A DNA stretch of 63,275 bases, the filler included, from Stramenopiles sp. TOSAG23-3 (Eukaryota): the NCBI GenBank assembly GCA_900128585.1. It is 12 parts of 12 records of this genome, joined end to end, with 100 filler letters (N's around TTAATTAATTAA, not from the genome) between each part and the next. Parts side by side here need not be neighbours in the genome. Positions count along the whole stretch, not along the records: positions 28,327 to 33,887 come from LT643491.1; positions 33,988 to 39,547 come from LT643492.1; positions 39,648 to 45,206 come from LT643493.1; 9 more parts are not named here. The stretch is one strand, 5' to 3'. The translations under genes were made by a program, and so were the position numbers. How positions within the stretch are numbered: the first letter of the stretch is position 1; every line of letters starts with the position of its first letter. Below are positions 31,301-43,213 of the stretch, piece after piece. Under the pieces are notes generated by a model, which was not told the origin of the DNA, ran no database searches, and saw nothing but the letters and a program-made list of their open reading frames with translations.

Positions 31301-33887
31301 ACTTACTACCACTAGACCTGCAACCTTGCCGTTTTGAAAATGGCAGTGAAGGGAAAGTCTTGAGAACATTGTCTGCGCCTCAGATAACAACTGAAAGTGT
31401 TCTGTCTGAAGCGGCAAAGGAGTGGGATATTAAAGCTTTTTTGGATCAAGTGGCATCCGGCGAACCTAAATATCATGCTTTGATTGATACTGGGGCCTTA
31501 ATTACAGGCTACAGTAACGCTGATGTCGCCCGTTACCTCATTGACAATGGCCTTCCGGATATGGAAGGGTGCGTCTACCTTGATGAAAGTGATTGTAAGA
31601 TGGTGTATACACGAGGGGCTGTTAAGGCTGTTCCGTTGAGTGAATGCGGGCTTGCCAAAGATAAACGCTTTACTTTTTATGACCAAGTACACACTACTGG
31701 GATGGACATTAAGCAAGCACTTTCTGCTGTGGCATTGTTAACGCTTGGAAAGGATATGATATTCCGTGATTATGCCCAGGGTGCGTATCGAATGCGTGGT
31801 ATTGGCGCTGGGCAGACGATCCAGCTGTACATCATTCCAGAGGTGAAAAAAATTATACAGAATACCGTTCCTAGATCATCAGGGTCAATGGTGGTCGATG
31901 CATGTGCATGGTTGCAGTTGAACGGTATCCGACAGGAGAAGATGCAATTTATGCAACTATGCACGCAAAACACAGCGACCGTGGGTCGAAAGGAGGCCCT
32001 CTCGAACTTACTGAAAATATCTGTTGACCAGCTTGCGAAACCGTCTTCTGGCACCCTTGGATTGAAAATATTCAAAGAGGAAAGTATTGATGACGCGTTA
32101 GAAGTTTTACGAGAAACCGTGAGTTTTGATATTCCACGTGGGATACCGAAATCGGTATCTTTTGTAGAATCCCTGAACGATATACGGCGAGACCACAAAA
32201 GGCTAATTCATTCGGACAAGCAGACCGAGATTTTAGATTTTGTCAAATCTCAAGCAGAGAGCCTGGTTGCTGGAAATTCCCTGGAGGGCAACAGTATTGG
32301 TCAAGCTTTGGGGGGAGAAATGACTCGAGAGAAGGAGAGAGAGCAAGAGCAAGAGCAACAGCGACAGCAGCAACAGCAAGCGCAAATTAGTTATGGTAAC
32401 CCCAGAGCTGTTGTAATTCCTTGGGATATTAATGTATTGGTTCAAAATGGATACGGTGAAGAGTCAGATGGCCCATTCTTCAAGCTGCAAAACTTTTCTC
32501 CCCGGCCTGACCCCATCACTATTGACCTTCCCAGCAGTGCTGGCGAAGAGAAGCAAACAGTACCTGGCATATTACCACTTAATTTTCCAGAACAAATGTT
32601 TCTCTCTTCGAATTATTTAGACAAGGACTTTAACAAGACCGAGCTGCTTCGTATTCGAAACGTGAGCGTCGTCCTAGAATGGCTACCAACTACAAATGGC
32701 GATTCTTTGTTTGCTGCAGTGTCACTCGCAGAGGCGGAGGCCCTACGAGGTTACATTCATCGAAGAAATGGGCGAAGTGTTCCAATTGCATTATATTCAA
32801 TGGAAAACAATAGAGTGATTGACCAGACATTCAGTTACACTCAACAGAAACAAAGTGCTAACGTTGCAAAGCCACAGTTAGTGGCGTTTCAGTTCTGGGA
32901 TAACGAAATGTTTTTTGAATCCGACGAAGTAAAGCTATTGCTTAAATTGTTCAAATCTCAGGCCCAAGCCGATCGAAAGGCACTTTTCAGTGCTACCTTG
33001 TTGTCGAGAAGGCGTGATCGCTCTAGCTGGTTGGGAACACCCGTCAGTCAAGTGTTTGATCTTGAAAGTGACGAAGAATTTGCGGACTTGCTCAACTTCA
33101 TTGGCATGCTGGCAACGGAGCTGAGAAAGCGAAATCTGTCGATCATAAATGTGTGCAATGATATGGATCTTGATGGGGATGGGTACTTGTCACGGTTCGA
33201 ACTTCAGGAAGAAATAAGTAGTTTGGTCCCGTCTGCATCAGTGGGTATGATTAGCAAGCTCATCAAAGTTTGTGACACAGATGGCGATGATTGCATTGAT
33301 TATGATGAATTTGCGAGGATGTTGCAACATAACGAAGGAGAACAACACAATACGACCTTGCAGATTATACAACAAATTTCCGATGGAAACGTAGGCGACA
33401 CCGACTGCGATGCGGAAGAAAAAAGACGACAGAAAGAAGCGAGAGATCGAGAAAGAAGAGAAAAGATTCAGAGGCTAGAAGAGAGACGAAGAAAAGAAAG
33501 GGAAGCGCAAGCATTGAGAGATTTGGAACGTCAACGCCGCGAAGAAGAAAGGCGTTTGGAAGATTCAAGACGTGCAGAACAAGAGAGAAGGGTCGTTGAA
33601 GCGGCGAGTATTGAGCGAGAAAGAGAGGAAGAACTTCGGCGGCAAGAACTCGACAGGAAAAGAGAGGAAGCCCGAAAAATAGAGGAAGAAAGAAGGATAG
33701 AAGAGCTTGCTCGTCAAGCGGCTGAAGGCACAGCGGACGACGAAGAACGGAAAAGGTTGGAGCAGGCAATGGCTGAACGTATTGCGGCAGAACGCTTAAG
33801 GAAAGCTGCAGAAGCTGCGCGCTTGGCCGCCGAAGCTCTTCGCAACCAGACGATTCTGGATGGATTAGAAGCTCGGGAGCAAGACAG
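28327..33887 (+). CDS. Internal fragment of a giant DUF3638/DUF3645-type SF2-like NTPase with two EF-hands and an E/R-rich helix
   Basis: Frame spans the whole contig. Motifs QMIMGAGKTTV, LMDEVD, GFSGT, ALIDTGA, FYDQVHTTGMDI and YAQGAYRMR; EF-hands DLDGDGYLSRFE and DTDGDDCIDYDE. Confidence 0.85.
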
Positions 33888-33988
33888 NNNNNNNNNNNNN
33901 NNNNNNNNNNNNNNNNNNNNNNNNNNNNNNNTTAATTAATTAANNNNNNNNNNNNNNNNNNNNNNNNNNNNNNNNNNNNNNNNNNNNA

Positions 33989-35089
33989 CATCGACCACCA
34001 TTATTGCTAGACATCAATAGCTTTCTGCTCCTGTGCCGTTGTTCTCGTACCTTCAGCGCAGTGGCATTGGTTTATACACTGTATCTGCTCGTGGTCAGCA
34101 GTTTGCAACTGGCACTGCTGTCCAACTTAAAGTGCTCTTCTTCCAAGGATGCTACTATCCTCTGGGAAGCATGCAAGGTGAAGGTTCCCTATTGCAAGAG
34201 TATCGTTTCACCTTCATGCGACTGCGCCATCCTGAGTGTACTATCGCACAACTGGACTTCAATCCCGAAATCTGTCGGAGACATGACGGCTTTAAAAATG
34301 CTTCAAATGGAAAGGGGGCCACTGGCCAATGCAAGTGGTCTAACAAAACTTCCCAGCCTCAAAGTGCTTTACCTGAAGTTCAACAAGTTGGAATCCGTCC
34401 CAGAAGAATTAGGGAGTGTGAACCTAATTCAACTTAATTTGGCGTTCAACCGGCTGAAAAAACTGCCAGACAGCATGTGGACGAATATCTACATGAAGAA
34501 ATTGGATTTATCCAATAATTTTTTGTCTACAATTCCTCTTGAAATTGCATTTGCGGAGAGTTTGGGAACGCTCAGGATAAGCAATAATAGCTTTCAAGCA
34601 ATCCCCGCTGTCGTTTTTACCATGAAGAGTTTACAAAACCTTTACTTGGATGGAAATAATATTACGTACGTTGGTGAAGAAATAGGAAATTTGAAAGAGC
34701 TCGCAGACTTGACGTTGCATAACAACGTGCAGATTCGTTCTATTCCAAGTGCAATCGGAGCGATCCGACGCCTGGACTATTTTGACATAAGGAACAATAC
34801 CATTGCAGCGCTGCCGGAAGAGATAGCAAATTTGCCGTTGAGAATTGGACTCTACCTCAGCAACAACCCGGTCTGTTCAAATGGATGGTTAGACAAATCA
34901 GCAAATTTAGGAGTAAAAGCCGCAGCGGAAAAGATGCCAGGCGCCGGTTGCAACGAGCAGTGCAGCCCTTACTGCGCCTTTTGGTTGCGTGAGATGTTTG
35001 CAATGTGCACGAGAGAGTGCGACAGTTCGAACTGCAAATTTCACGATGGCCATTGCGCACAGGGGAATTATCCATACATGGAGGGCTAA
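33989..35089 (+). CDS. Membrane-anchored leucine-rich-repeat protein with a C-terminal LNR (Notch)-like domain; 5' truncated
   Basis: TM segment, about 9 LxxLxLxxNxL repeats, and C-terminal CSPYC......C..EC....C....G.C. Confidence 0.85.
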   Translation, partial: HRPPLLLDINSFLLLCRCSRTFSAVALVYTLYLLVVSSLQLALLSNLKCSSSKDATILWEACKVKVPYCKSIVSPSCDCAILSVLSHNWTSIPKSVGDMTALKMLQMERGPLANASGLTKLPSLKVLYLKFNKLESVPEELGSVNLIQLNLAFNRLKKLPDSMWTNIYMKKLDLSNNFLSTIPLEIAFAESLGTLRISNNSFQAIPAVVFTMKSLQNLYLDGNNITYVGEEIGNLKELADLTLHNNVQIRSIPSAIGAIRRLDYFDIRNNTIAALPEEIANLPLRIGLYLSNNPVCSNGWLDKSANLGVKAAAEKMPGAGCNEQCSPYCAFWLREMFAMCTRECDSSNCKFHDGHCAQGNYPYMEG

Positions 35090-35550
35090 CAAGAAAAAGG
35101 AATGATGAAGCGTACTTCTCTGGAAAACTGAAGTGGGTGTAATATTCCATAGATTTTTGTTTTTTCTAAATTTAATTTTATACGAACGTTAAAAATAAGG
35201 AGAAGGGAATATCATAGTAACATACACTTCAGACAAAAATACCACTGACTACTTAGTACATTTTGCAAGAAGAAGACCTTCTTGATAGGAAATACTTAAC
35301 TATAGTTATTTTGTATATAAATATAGTATGAGATGAAGGTACGATAATTACAAAACAATGGTTTTTATTTCCCATATAATATACTTTTTTAAAAACCCTA
35401 TCAAACGATGTATAGACTAATTAACATTGGCTTTTGAATACTACATTAAAAAGAAACCTTACCGTTGTAAGGAAGGGTTGTACCGCACCGATTAAACCGG
35501 TATAATAAAACGAACCAGAACCAGAAACCAGAACCGTAATTAATAAATAA

Positions 35551-35551
35551 T

Positions 35552-35584
<33 letters not shown>

Positions 35585-35597
35585 GAGAGAAGAGGAG
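35551..35597. repeat. (AG)n purine tract
   Basis: Seen directly. Confidence 0.85.
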
Positions 35598-35916
35598 CCA
35601 TTTACATTTTGTACATTATAATAGCACACCACTGCTTCCTGATGACGTGACGCTTCTTCTTCCGTTACTATTTTTTTTATTATTATTATTTGTAGTACAA
35701 TTGAAATCATCAACATATATAATAACAACACGGAGCAGAAAAATGAACCGTATGATAGCAAAACAACACAAGAAAGCGGAGGAGGAGGACAGAAGTATGG
35801 AACCATTCTTTCCCATAACACTTAGGTTTACAAACATCTAAAGCCCAGATTATTTTTTATTGTTCAACGCATACGCTGTGCAAATTAATTCTTGGCTTTT
35901 GAAATACCGGAGCAGA

Positions 35917-38900
35917 ATGGCGCACGAACTCAAGTTCACCTTGGAGTCTGCTTCCAACCTCACGAAGGCTGACCTGTTTGGGAAGAGCGATCCTTACTGC
36001 ATAATCAAGGTCAACGGCAAGGAACAAGGCCAGTCTAATGTCGTAAAAAAATCCCTTGATCCATCTTGGGGTGAAGATTTTGTCGTCGCCTTTGATGACT
36101 TTAGCCATGACATGACCCAGACCATAATTACACTGGAAGTGTACGATCACGATACGGTCGGGGCGCACGATTTTCTAGGAAAAGCCGAAGTTCGAGATGA
36201 AGGCTTTCAAAAGTTCATAAACTCTGCGACGACAACAACAACGCTAGGACTGCTGTCGAAAGACGGCAAAAAGAGTGTGAAAGGGGATATATCTTTCAAG
36301 TTTATCTCTTTAGAGAAAAAAGTCGCCATTCCCTCCCCTGGTGCAGCAGAAAAGTCTTTCTTTTCTTTCTCAATGCGTGTGGTAGGAGCGAAAGGGTTGC
36401 GAAGTGCAGATCTAATGGGAGGGAGCGATGCGTATGCCAAAGTTAAACTGGGAGACAACGAGTTAGGAAAGACTCCTGTTTTGAAAAACAACCTTAACCC
36501 CACTTGGGATGCAAACTTTAGTACAAATCTGGACCCAGAAATAGGTGCGCTGGGGAAGAAGGATATTGTGGTGGACATATTTGATCATGATCGTTTCGAC
36601 TCACATGATTTTCTCGGCCGGGTCCATCTTCGTGGAATCGAATTGCTAAAGTTTTTCTTGACACGGCAAGCATTGACATACGATTTGGTGGATTTGCCAA
36701 AGAACACGAAGAAAAAGTCAAAAGTTACAGGCACCGCGACTCTCCAATGCATTTGCTTTTTAGACACGAAGGGGGAAGATATTCTGAATGCGCCTGAGCT
36801 GGTGAAATCCCTCAAGGCCAGTATCGAAGAGGTTGAGCTCGCAAAGGTGTCGTCTGACGCGGCTCAAAAGAAAGACGGTCCACAGTCAAAAGCCGCGGCG
36901 AAGAGAACATTCGTCTCACAATGGCCTCAGTGGGCAAGAATGTACGATTGTAAATCGCACTCGTTCTTTTTCTTAAACAATTTTTCAGGCGAAGTGGTGT
37001 TCCGGGAACCGTTTGATTATGGGGTCAAATATAGGACAGAAGAACGCGTTTGGGATGCTCCGACCCCGTTCGTAAATTGTCAGGCAGCCTGGAAAATTCA
37101 ACAGCTGGTGAGGCTGCGCATTGCAAAAAACAGGGTACGCAAAACACGCGGCAACGCGACGGTTGTGTCCGTCAACCAAGTGTGGACTGCCCCATTTGAC
37201 CCCCAGCTCGCCGCGTACTACTACTACAACACCTTGACAGAAGCAGTTGTCTGGCGTCGCCCAGTCGAAATGACGTCTTTTATGAACCGTTGGATCGAAG
37301 GGTATGACCCGAAAAAGAATGTAAAGTACTATTTCAATTCAGTGGAAAAAACGTTTGTATACGAGATGCCTAAAAACTATACACCGGGTGGCTCCAATAC
37401 AAAATTTAGAGCTAGCATAAAAGTCCAAGCTGCGTTTCGTGGGTTTTTGTCCCGGTGCAGTAGGGTAGAAAAGTTGCTCTTGCGTGGAATAGAGCAAGAC
37501 AGCACGGACCTGTCTGCAAATACACTGCGCGAAGCGGTGAAACAGATGATTCCAATGTATCGCCACAGGTTCACAAGGAAGAGTGCGTTGGTGCGATCAC
37601 AGCTTTTAGACCTGCGAATAGATTTGGAAAAGGTAAAATCAAACAGCTACTTAGCCCGGGCCCCGGGAGTGGGTGAAGAAATCCTTTCGGCGTACCGGGA
37701 ACAAATTGAACGGTTTTCGAAGCATGTCTTCGGTGCTGTTCCGAGCATCGCGACGGAAGATGCCGATCAATTTAGAGTAGCCCGGGCGCGCCTTCGTGAT
37801 TTGCTTTCCTTGGATGTCTATAGACTTCAAACGCGCGGCTTAGAAACCGATAATGAATTAATAGAAATTCGCGAGGAGATTGATAAGGCGAAACTGCTTG
37901 TGGGAAACCTGCAGAACGCAAACCCCAACATGAAACGACTCCTGAACCGGAAGCGGGAGATCATATTTGAGGGCACGTACACAATGTTTCGAACGCTCGT
38001 GTCGAAGGCCATATCACAGGTGTACAAAGCCCTTGATATAACCAAAGTGTTCTTGGCAGCATCTGGCGCAACAAAAGACCTTCGCGTTGCCCAAGTGGAA
38101 CTTTTGCGGATGCGAACAGAGGAAGCGAAGCAACGGTCTACCATGCTCATCATTAAGAGGCGGGCCAAAAAGAGAGCGGAGCACGAGGCGTTTGTCGCCA
38201 TGTGCCAAGCGAAGTGGCAAATCGGCCAAACCCGAAGAATTGACGAGCAGGCCGAGGAAAAAATTCGACAAGAAAAAGAACAGATTGAGAACGCAAAAAG
38301 AAAAATGCAGAAAGAGTCGGAGCGCTACGAACGCGTGGTCCAAACTGCCCGCGACACCGTCTCCCCATGGGCAGTTATAAAAACGAATGTTCCCCTTGAA
38401 ATATTTAGAGACCTAGTTCGCGGCGAGATGGAGCGAAAAACCTACCAAGAGCGTAAAACCTTTAGCATAAATGACAAGTGCCCAGACACGGGGGAATCGT
38501 TTGTTGGTAACGCGACCTTGTACGGCAAACCAGATATAGTGGAGTACTTAATGCAAGTGCGGGCCAACCCAAACTTAGTTGAAAACACCTTGTCAAAATG
38601 CACCCCCCTTCACATTGCTGCTGGCAGTGACCAGGCGGCTTGCACAGCCATCCTTGTTAACTATGGGGCAAACATTTGCAGCAAAGACTCGTATGGGGAC
38701 AATCCTCTGCACATTGCATGCCGAAACGGTTATGTCCGTGTCGTGAGAGAGTTAGTGAATGTGAATCCGGACGACTATTTCTGGAGAATGCTTGGCACCC
38801 CTAATAATAAAGGAAAATTACCCATCGATCTGACCAATAAGAGGGAAATCAAAAATATGCTAGCCCAGTACATGAAAAAAGCATCGGAGAGAGCTGCGCT

Positions 38901-39114
38901 GAGCCCCGAAGAGAGGGCTTTGGTGGGAAAGCGCGCGGCAAAAATAAGGGCGCGAAACAGTTACAGGGCTATGAAAACGTCTAGCAGCCCTAAACCGACA
39001 GATACGGACAGATTTGGACTATCACCTCGGTCCAACCAGGAAAACGAAGAAGACAGTGGCCTAATGGAATCTGAAAAATTGGCAAAGAAATTGAAAGCGC
39101 TTAAGCGGAAGTGA
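35917..39114 (+). CDS. Scaffold protein with 2 C2 domains, WW-like repeats, IQ motifs, coiled coil and ankyrin repeats
   Basis: C2: ADLFGKSDPY...YDHD..G.HDFLG (two copies). WW-like: W...FDP....YYYN......W. IQ: KIQQLVR and KVQAAFRG. ANK: TPLHIAA and NPLHIAC. Confidence 0.9.
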   Translation: MAHELKFTLESASNLTKADLFGKSDPYCIIKVNGKEQGQSNVVKKSLDPSWGEDFVVAFDDFSHDMTQTIITLEVYDHDTVGAHDFLGKAEVRDEGFQKFINSATTTTTLGLLSKDGKKSVKGDISFKFISLEKKVAIPSPGAAEKSFFSFSMRVVGAKGLRSADLMGGSDAYAKVKLGDNELGKTPVLKNNLNPTWDANFSTNLDPEIGALGKKDIVVDIFDHDRFDSHDFLGRVHLRGIELLKFFLTRQALTYDLVDLPKNTKKKSKVTGTATLQCICFLDTKGEDILNAPELVKSLKASIEEVELAKVSSDAAQKKDGPQSKAAAKRTFVSQWPQWARMYDCKSHSFFFLNNFSGEVVFREPFDYGVKYRTEERVWDAPTPFVNCQAAWKIQQLVRLRIAKNRVRKTRGNATVVSVNQVWTAPFDPQLAAYYYYNTLTEAVVWRRPVEMTSFMNRWIEGYDPKKNVKYYFNSVEKTFVYEMPKNYTPGGSNTKFRASIKVQAAFRGFLSRCSRVEKLLLRGIEQDSTDLSANTLREAVKQMIPMYRHRFTRKSALVRSQLLDLRIDLEKVKSNSYLARAPGVGEEILSAYREQIERFSKHVFGAVPSIATEDADQFRVARARLRDLLSLDVYRLQTRGLETDNELIEIREEIDKAKLLVGNLQNANPNMKRLLNRKREIIFEGTYTMFRTLVSKAISQVYKALDITKVFLAASGATKDLRVAQVELLRMRTEEAKQRSTMLIIKRRAKKRAEHEAFVAMCQAKWQIGQTRRIDEQAEEKIRQEKEQIENAKRKMQKESERYERVVQTARDTVSPWAVIKTNVPLEIFRDLVRGEMERKTYQERKTFSINDKCPDTGESFVGNATLYGKPDIVEYLMQVRANPNLVENTLSKCTPLHIAAGSDQAACTAILVNYGANICSKDSYGDNPLHIACRNGYVRVVRELVNVNPDDYFWRMLGTPNNKGKLPIDLTNKREIKNMLAQYMKKASERAALSPEERALVGKRAAKIRARNSYRAMKTSSSPKPTDTDRFGLSPRSNQENEEDSGLMESEKLAKKLKALKRK

Positions 39115-39647
39115 AGGCGAGATAAAATTACGTGCGTGTTTTTAAAAAAAAAACAAATTTTTAATGAATACACTGTGCCCCCTTTCAAGTTTTACACTCG
39201 CACACTCTAGTCTAATTGTCCCCCTCACCACATACACTCGCTGATCAATTAATTACAAAATTCTGTGAACTCCGCGGGTCACAAACGTTCAAACAAACCG
39301 ATGTGGTTGCAGCGTGTTAGTATCGTGTTGGTACTTGCTTGCCCACTCCCTACTGTCGCTAGTGTTGGTTTCTGTGCTTTGCTAAACGTTGAAGCTTGGT
39401 TCTGGCTTGGCCACTTTGAAAGTTTTCTGGGCTCCGCAGAAATCGTAACCTCCGAGAGGGAGTTGACTCTTGATTTGCTAACCCTAAGTTTCTGGGCGTA
39501 TTCTTTCGCAAGCATGTCGCATTTATCATTTTTCGTTCTATCGACAANNNNNNNNNNNNNNNNNNNNNNNNNNNNNNNNNNNNNNNNNNNNTTAATTAAT
39601 TAANNNNNNNNNNNNNNNNNNNNNNNNNNNNNNNNNNNNNNNNNNNN

Positions 39648-41698
39648 TTGCTGACTCCTTTCTTCGAACGCCACGGGTCACGTCGCTCGTCCCGACGTGT
39701 TGAAAATGACCACGGGCTTCGCTTTCAAATCGGGTGGACTCAGTGTTAAACACGCGCTTCGCAAGCTCTTCATAATCGATAAAACCATCTAAATCGTGCA
39801 TGTCAAAGAACAGCATTACTTGGGCCACATCGGAGTCCGTTAATGTCTGGTCTCCCAGGAGGTTTTCTAGCAATTTTTTCATCTCCGAAAAGGTAAGCAT
39901 CCCATTCTTGTCTTCGTCAGCATCGCGGAACACCATTGCCAGTTTGCTTTTGGACGAGCGCAGCTTGAGGAGCAATTTCTTTACGACAGCATTGATATCC
40001 GTGCTGGTCATGTGCTCGTCGTCACCAGTGGCTTTGTAGATTCTAGTGTTTGAATCCATGTCGATGATTTCAAACTGAAACTTAAAGAGGGTGACGACGG
40101 CGCCTTGGTACAAATCGGCGGGAGAGAAGTACTTTCCATTTGGGCGCTTCATTCGCATTCGGTTCAGGAAGCGGCCTCCGACCAAACCTGAATTTGCAAT
40201 GACGGTCTCGTAGACTTGGATGGTATCGTCGGCCAAGTAGTAGCGTATAACAAAGCGCCTGCCCTGGTCCGATGGCGCCGTAGAAATGAGCCGAGACATA
40301 AAGCCCAACGTTTTCCCGGCCATTTTATTTAACTTTGCCAGGTCACGCCTCGGCTGCGTCGGGCGCAACTTGCGAACGGAGCCCATGGAATCTTCGTCGT
40401 TTCCATAACCTGTGGGGGGGAGGTATTTCCCGCTTGGGCCACTCCTTCTTCGGTGCCGTCGTCATAGACAGCTTGTCCGAGTGCGCTTGCATTTCCCGGC
40501 CGTGGACGGTCTTGTAGTAGTCCCGGGTGAAGAGATCGTTGCAATCAACTATCACCATGGGGCGATTGAATATAGTTACAGTCATCCCAATTTCAAAGTC
40601 TTCGTCCGTGAAGTAACTCCCGTCCGGGGTACCCGTGTCTTCGGCCCCCCCAATGGAGCCGGAGGAGGCCAACGACTGGCTGGACTTTGGAAGGCGGCAA
40701 CGCTTGACGAACAGCGGGAAAGGGTCTTGCCCACTGTTTTTCTGAAGCATTTGTCGCACTTCGCACGTGCGGTCGGCAAGGTAGTACTTCATGTTGTACA
40801 CCTTCCTTGCGTCGCCGTACAGACGGCCGGAGTCGTTCCAGACCAGCCGTAGGGACAATGCCTGGTTCCCGTAATCAAACGCCCTCTTTTCCGAACCCAA
40901 AGGCCGTGTGTGGCGGCCCAGCAAGGCTTCGATATGGGTTTTCATTGGGTACATTGTCTTTCCGCGGAATTTCGTAAGGTCCGCCCCCGTCTCCCTGGAT
41001 TGGAATTCACTTCGCGACTTGGTGAACGAATCGGTTATCATCCCGGCAGGAACGTCTGGCTCGCAGAAAATGCCACGGCTTTCCAAGTAATTTCGAGTTC
41101 GCTGGTCACAGCCATAGACCTGGAAGGTGCGCGAAAAGACTTCTACCTGTTTGCCGACCAAGAAGTCCGTGTACAGCAAGGGGCCGCTGCCGTCCTTGCG
41201 CGAAAGCTTTCGGCGAGACAGAAACGGTCCCCCCCAAATCCCGGTGTTGTCCCCGACGATTTCGTCCATTCTCACAGTGTCATCGACCAAAAAGTAAGTG
41301 ATGACGCACTTTCTGATCCTCCAGGATTCGTCTGCGCTCTCCCGGACTGCTTCCTTGAAATATGCCTGGAACGTCAACTTCATGTGGTCTTCGGTGATGT
41401 ACTTTGGCAGCGCTGGTGGGCCGGTTGGGGCGGGCAACAGTTCGCCAATGGAAGCCGACGATGTAAGCTGCATTTTCTGCCTCGTCGGAGAATGCGCTGG
41501 CAGTGAACTTCGAGACAGGGTCCCCGATAAGTTTCGTGAGAGGGTCTGGGACGTCCCCAAAATGCTCGCGCTCCCCATCCGTTGCAGGACCTTGCTCCGA
41601 TCCACTTTTTTGTTCCACAAATCATTTACCAGACCGCGCCTTGATGCTCGGTTGTCAACAAACCCGGGAAGGTTTGGTACAGAGCTAGAGTATTTCAT
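39648..41698 (-). CDS. EFHC/RIB72-family axonemal protein (three DM10 domains plus EF-hands) with one frameshift at 40414-40420; 3' truncated
   Basis: DM10 motifs YFLVDDT, YYLADRT and YYLADDT. The two ORFs join as EIPPPTGYGNDEDS if one C is removed from a 7-C run. EF-hand DEDKNGMLTFSE. Confidence 0.88.
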
Positions 41699-42176
41699 TG
41701 TTGTAAAGCGAAGCGTATGTCTTGCGTGGTGCACAGTAACAATTTCCTTGTCTTCCTCTTTCTTTGTTTATTTTGAATACGATAATACGATGCGATCAAA
41801 ACTTTAGGAAGGAAAACAAACGCAACAGAAGAAATGTGAATTGTTTATGCAAACACTCACTCAACCGTTCGTTCGTATTTTTTTGTTGTATTGCGTTCTG
41901 TGGTGTGGTTCTCTTTTTTTACTTCGTACTATCTACTGCTGTTTGCGCTTTTCTTTGGTTTTCTATACTATTACATTGGTGTTAATTGATGTTATCTTAA
42001 CTATATATACGGTTTGCATTTGTAATACTACTTACTACACAGCATAAATTAAAACAACACCCCAACGACTCTATTTACTTTTCCATGTATGCTATTTACA
42101 TGTTATACGTATTGTAACGAATAAATTATACTTATTATTTTTTTTATATTAATTTTAGTCGTCATTAAATTGTATC

Positions 42177-42320
42177 ATATTCCACGTGGATTAAGTACCT
42201 ATTCTAATTTAAGTAGGCAGGGAATAACGAAGGGATATTCCACGTGGATTAATTAAGTACCTATTCTAATTTAAGTAAGTAGAAAATAGATCCTCATTAG
42301 GCAGGGAATAACGAAGGGAT
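42177..42320. repeat. Local duplication A-B-A'-x-B containing two TCCACGTGGA palindromes
   Basis: A = ATATTCCACGTGGATTAA...GTACCTATTCTAATTTAAGTA; B = GGCAGGGAATAACGAAGGGAT. Confidence 0.85.
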
Positions 42321-42744
42321 GGAATAATTAATATAATAATAGTCAATCTATTTGTATTATTGATAGGACTACTACTAGAGATTATACTAGACTAGTACTA
42401 TGTATTGTTTTATATTGGATTTATAGATTTTTTATTTAATTATTTTTTTTTTTTATTAAAAATATTTTTTTTAATAAAAGACGTTGTATGCTAATTCATA
42501 TATAATCTATGAAATAATAAGTGGAATTAGTTAGACTAGTCGGTTCATCTATTATAAAATTTATTTTATCATAGAATAGTATAGTCATAGTCTCATAATA
42601 AGTCATCATAGCATAGTGTGATATACGTAGTCATATAGTTATAAAACTGTCATTTTTTATACATTTTATCCTTTGTCATTTTTTTTTTATACTTTTAGAA
42701 CGACCTCCTACAGTAATTTCTAATTCTGATTTCTGACCCAGCAC

Positions 42745-42882
42745 AGTTGGCACAGTCCACAAGTCCACAGTTCATTGTTCATTGTTCACAGTAGTTGGCA
42801 CAGTCCACAAGTCCACAGTTCATTGTTCATTGTTCACAGTTCATATAGTTCATAGTTCACAGTTCGCAGTTCACAGCAGTTC
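42745..42882. repeat. Minisatellite: 48-bp perfect tandem duplication built from GTTCACA-like 7-mers, followed by degenerate 7-mers
   Basis: 42745-42792 is identical to 42793-42840. Confidence 0.9.
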
Positions 42883-43213
42883 AAAAAAATAAATCATATT
42901 TTATATTTCTAGTCTCTATACCACTCTCGCTCATTCTCACTCCCCTCAGATTTTGTAACTAAATTACCAAGTAGTAGTATATTTAAAATAAATAGGAAGT
43001 CGATAACAAAGCTTGGTATTCTTCTATCTTTAAGGGGAGATATTTAATTTAAGACCTTGATTTATTAGGTATTGTTATCCTCATCCTTAACTTCATATCT
43101 AATCGTAATGAATTTTGCTTTTTAACTTTTTATCTGCTCTATCATCAGTAAAGGAAACATAGAAATTATAATTTTTTGTAGAGAACACTGAATTAGTTTT
43201 TTTTTTTTTTGCT

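Noticed and set aside
39265-39547. Short ORFs at the end of contig 7
   Set aside because: Possibly the 3' end of a truncated minus-strand gene, but the frame and product cannot be supported.
42745-42882. CRISPR-like appearance of repeated GTTCAC units
   Set aside because: Tandem units without unique spacers, eukaryotic context, and no cas genes.
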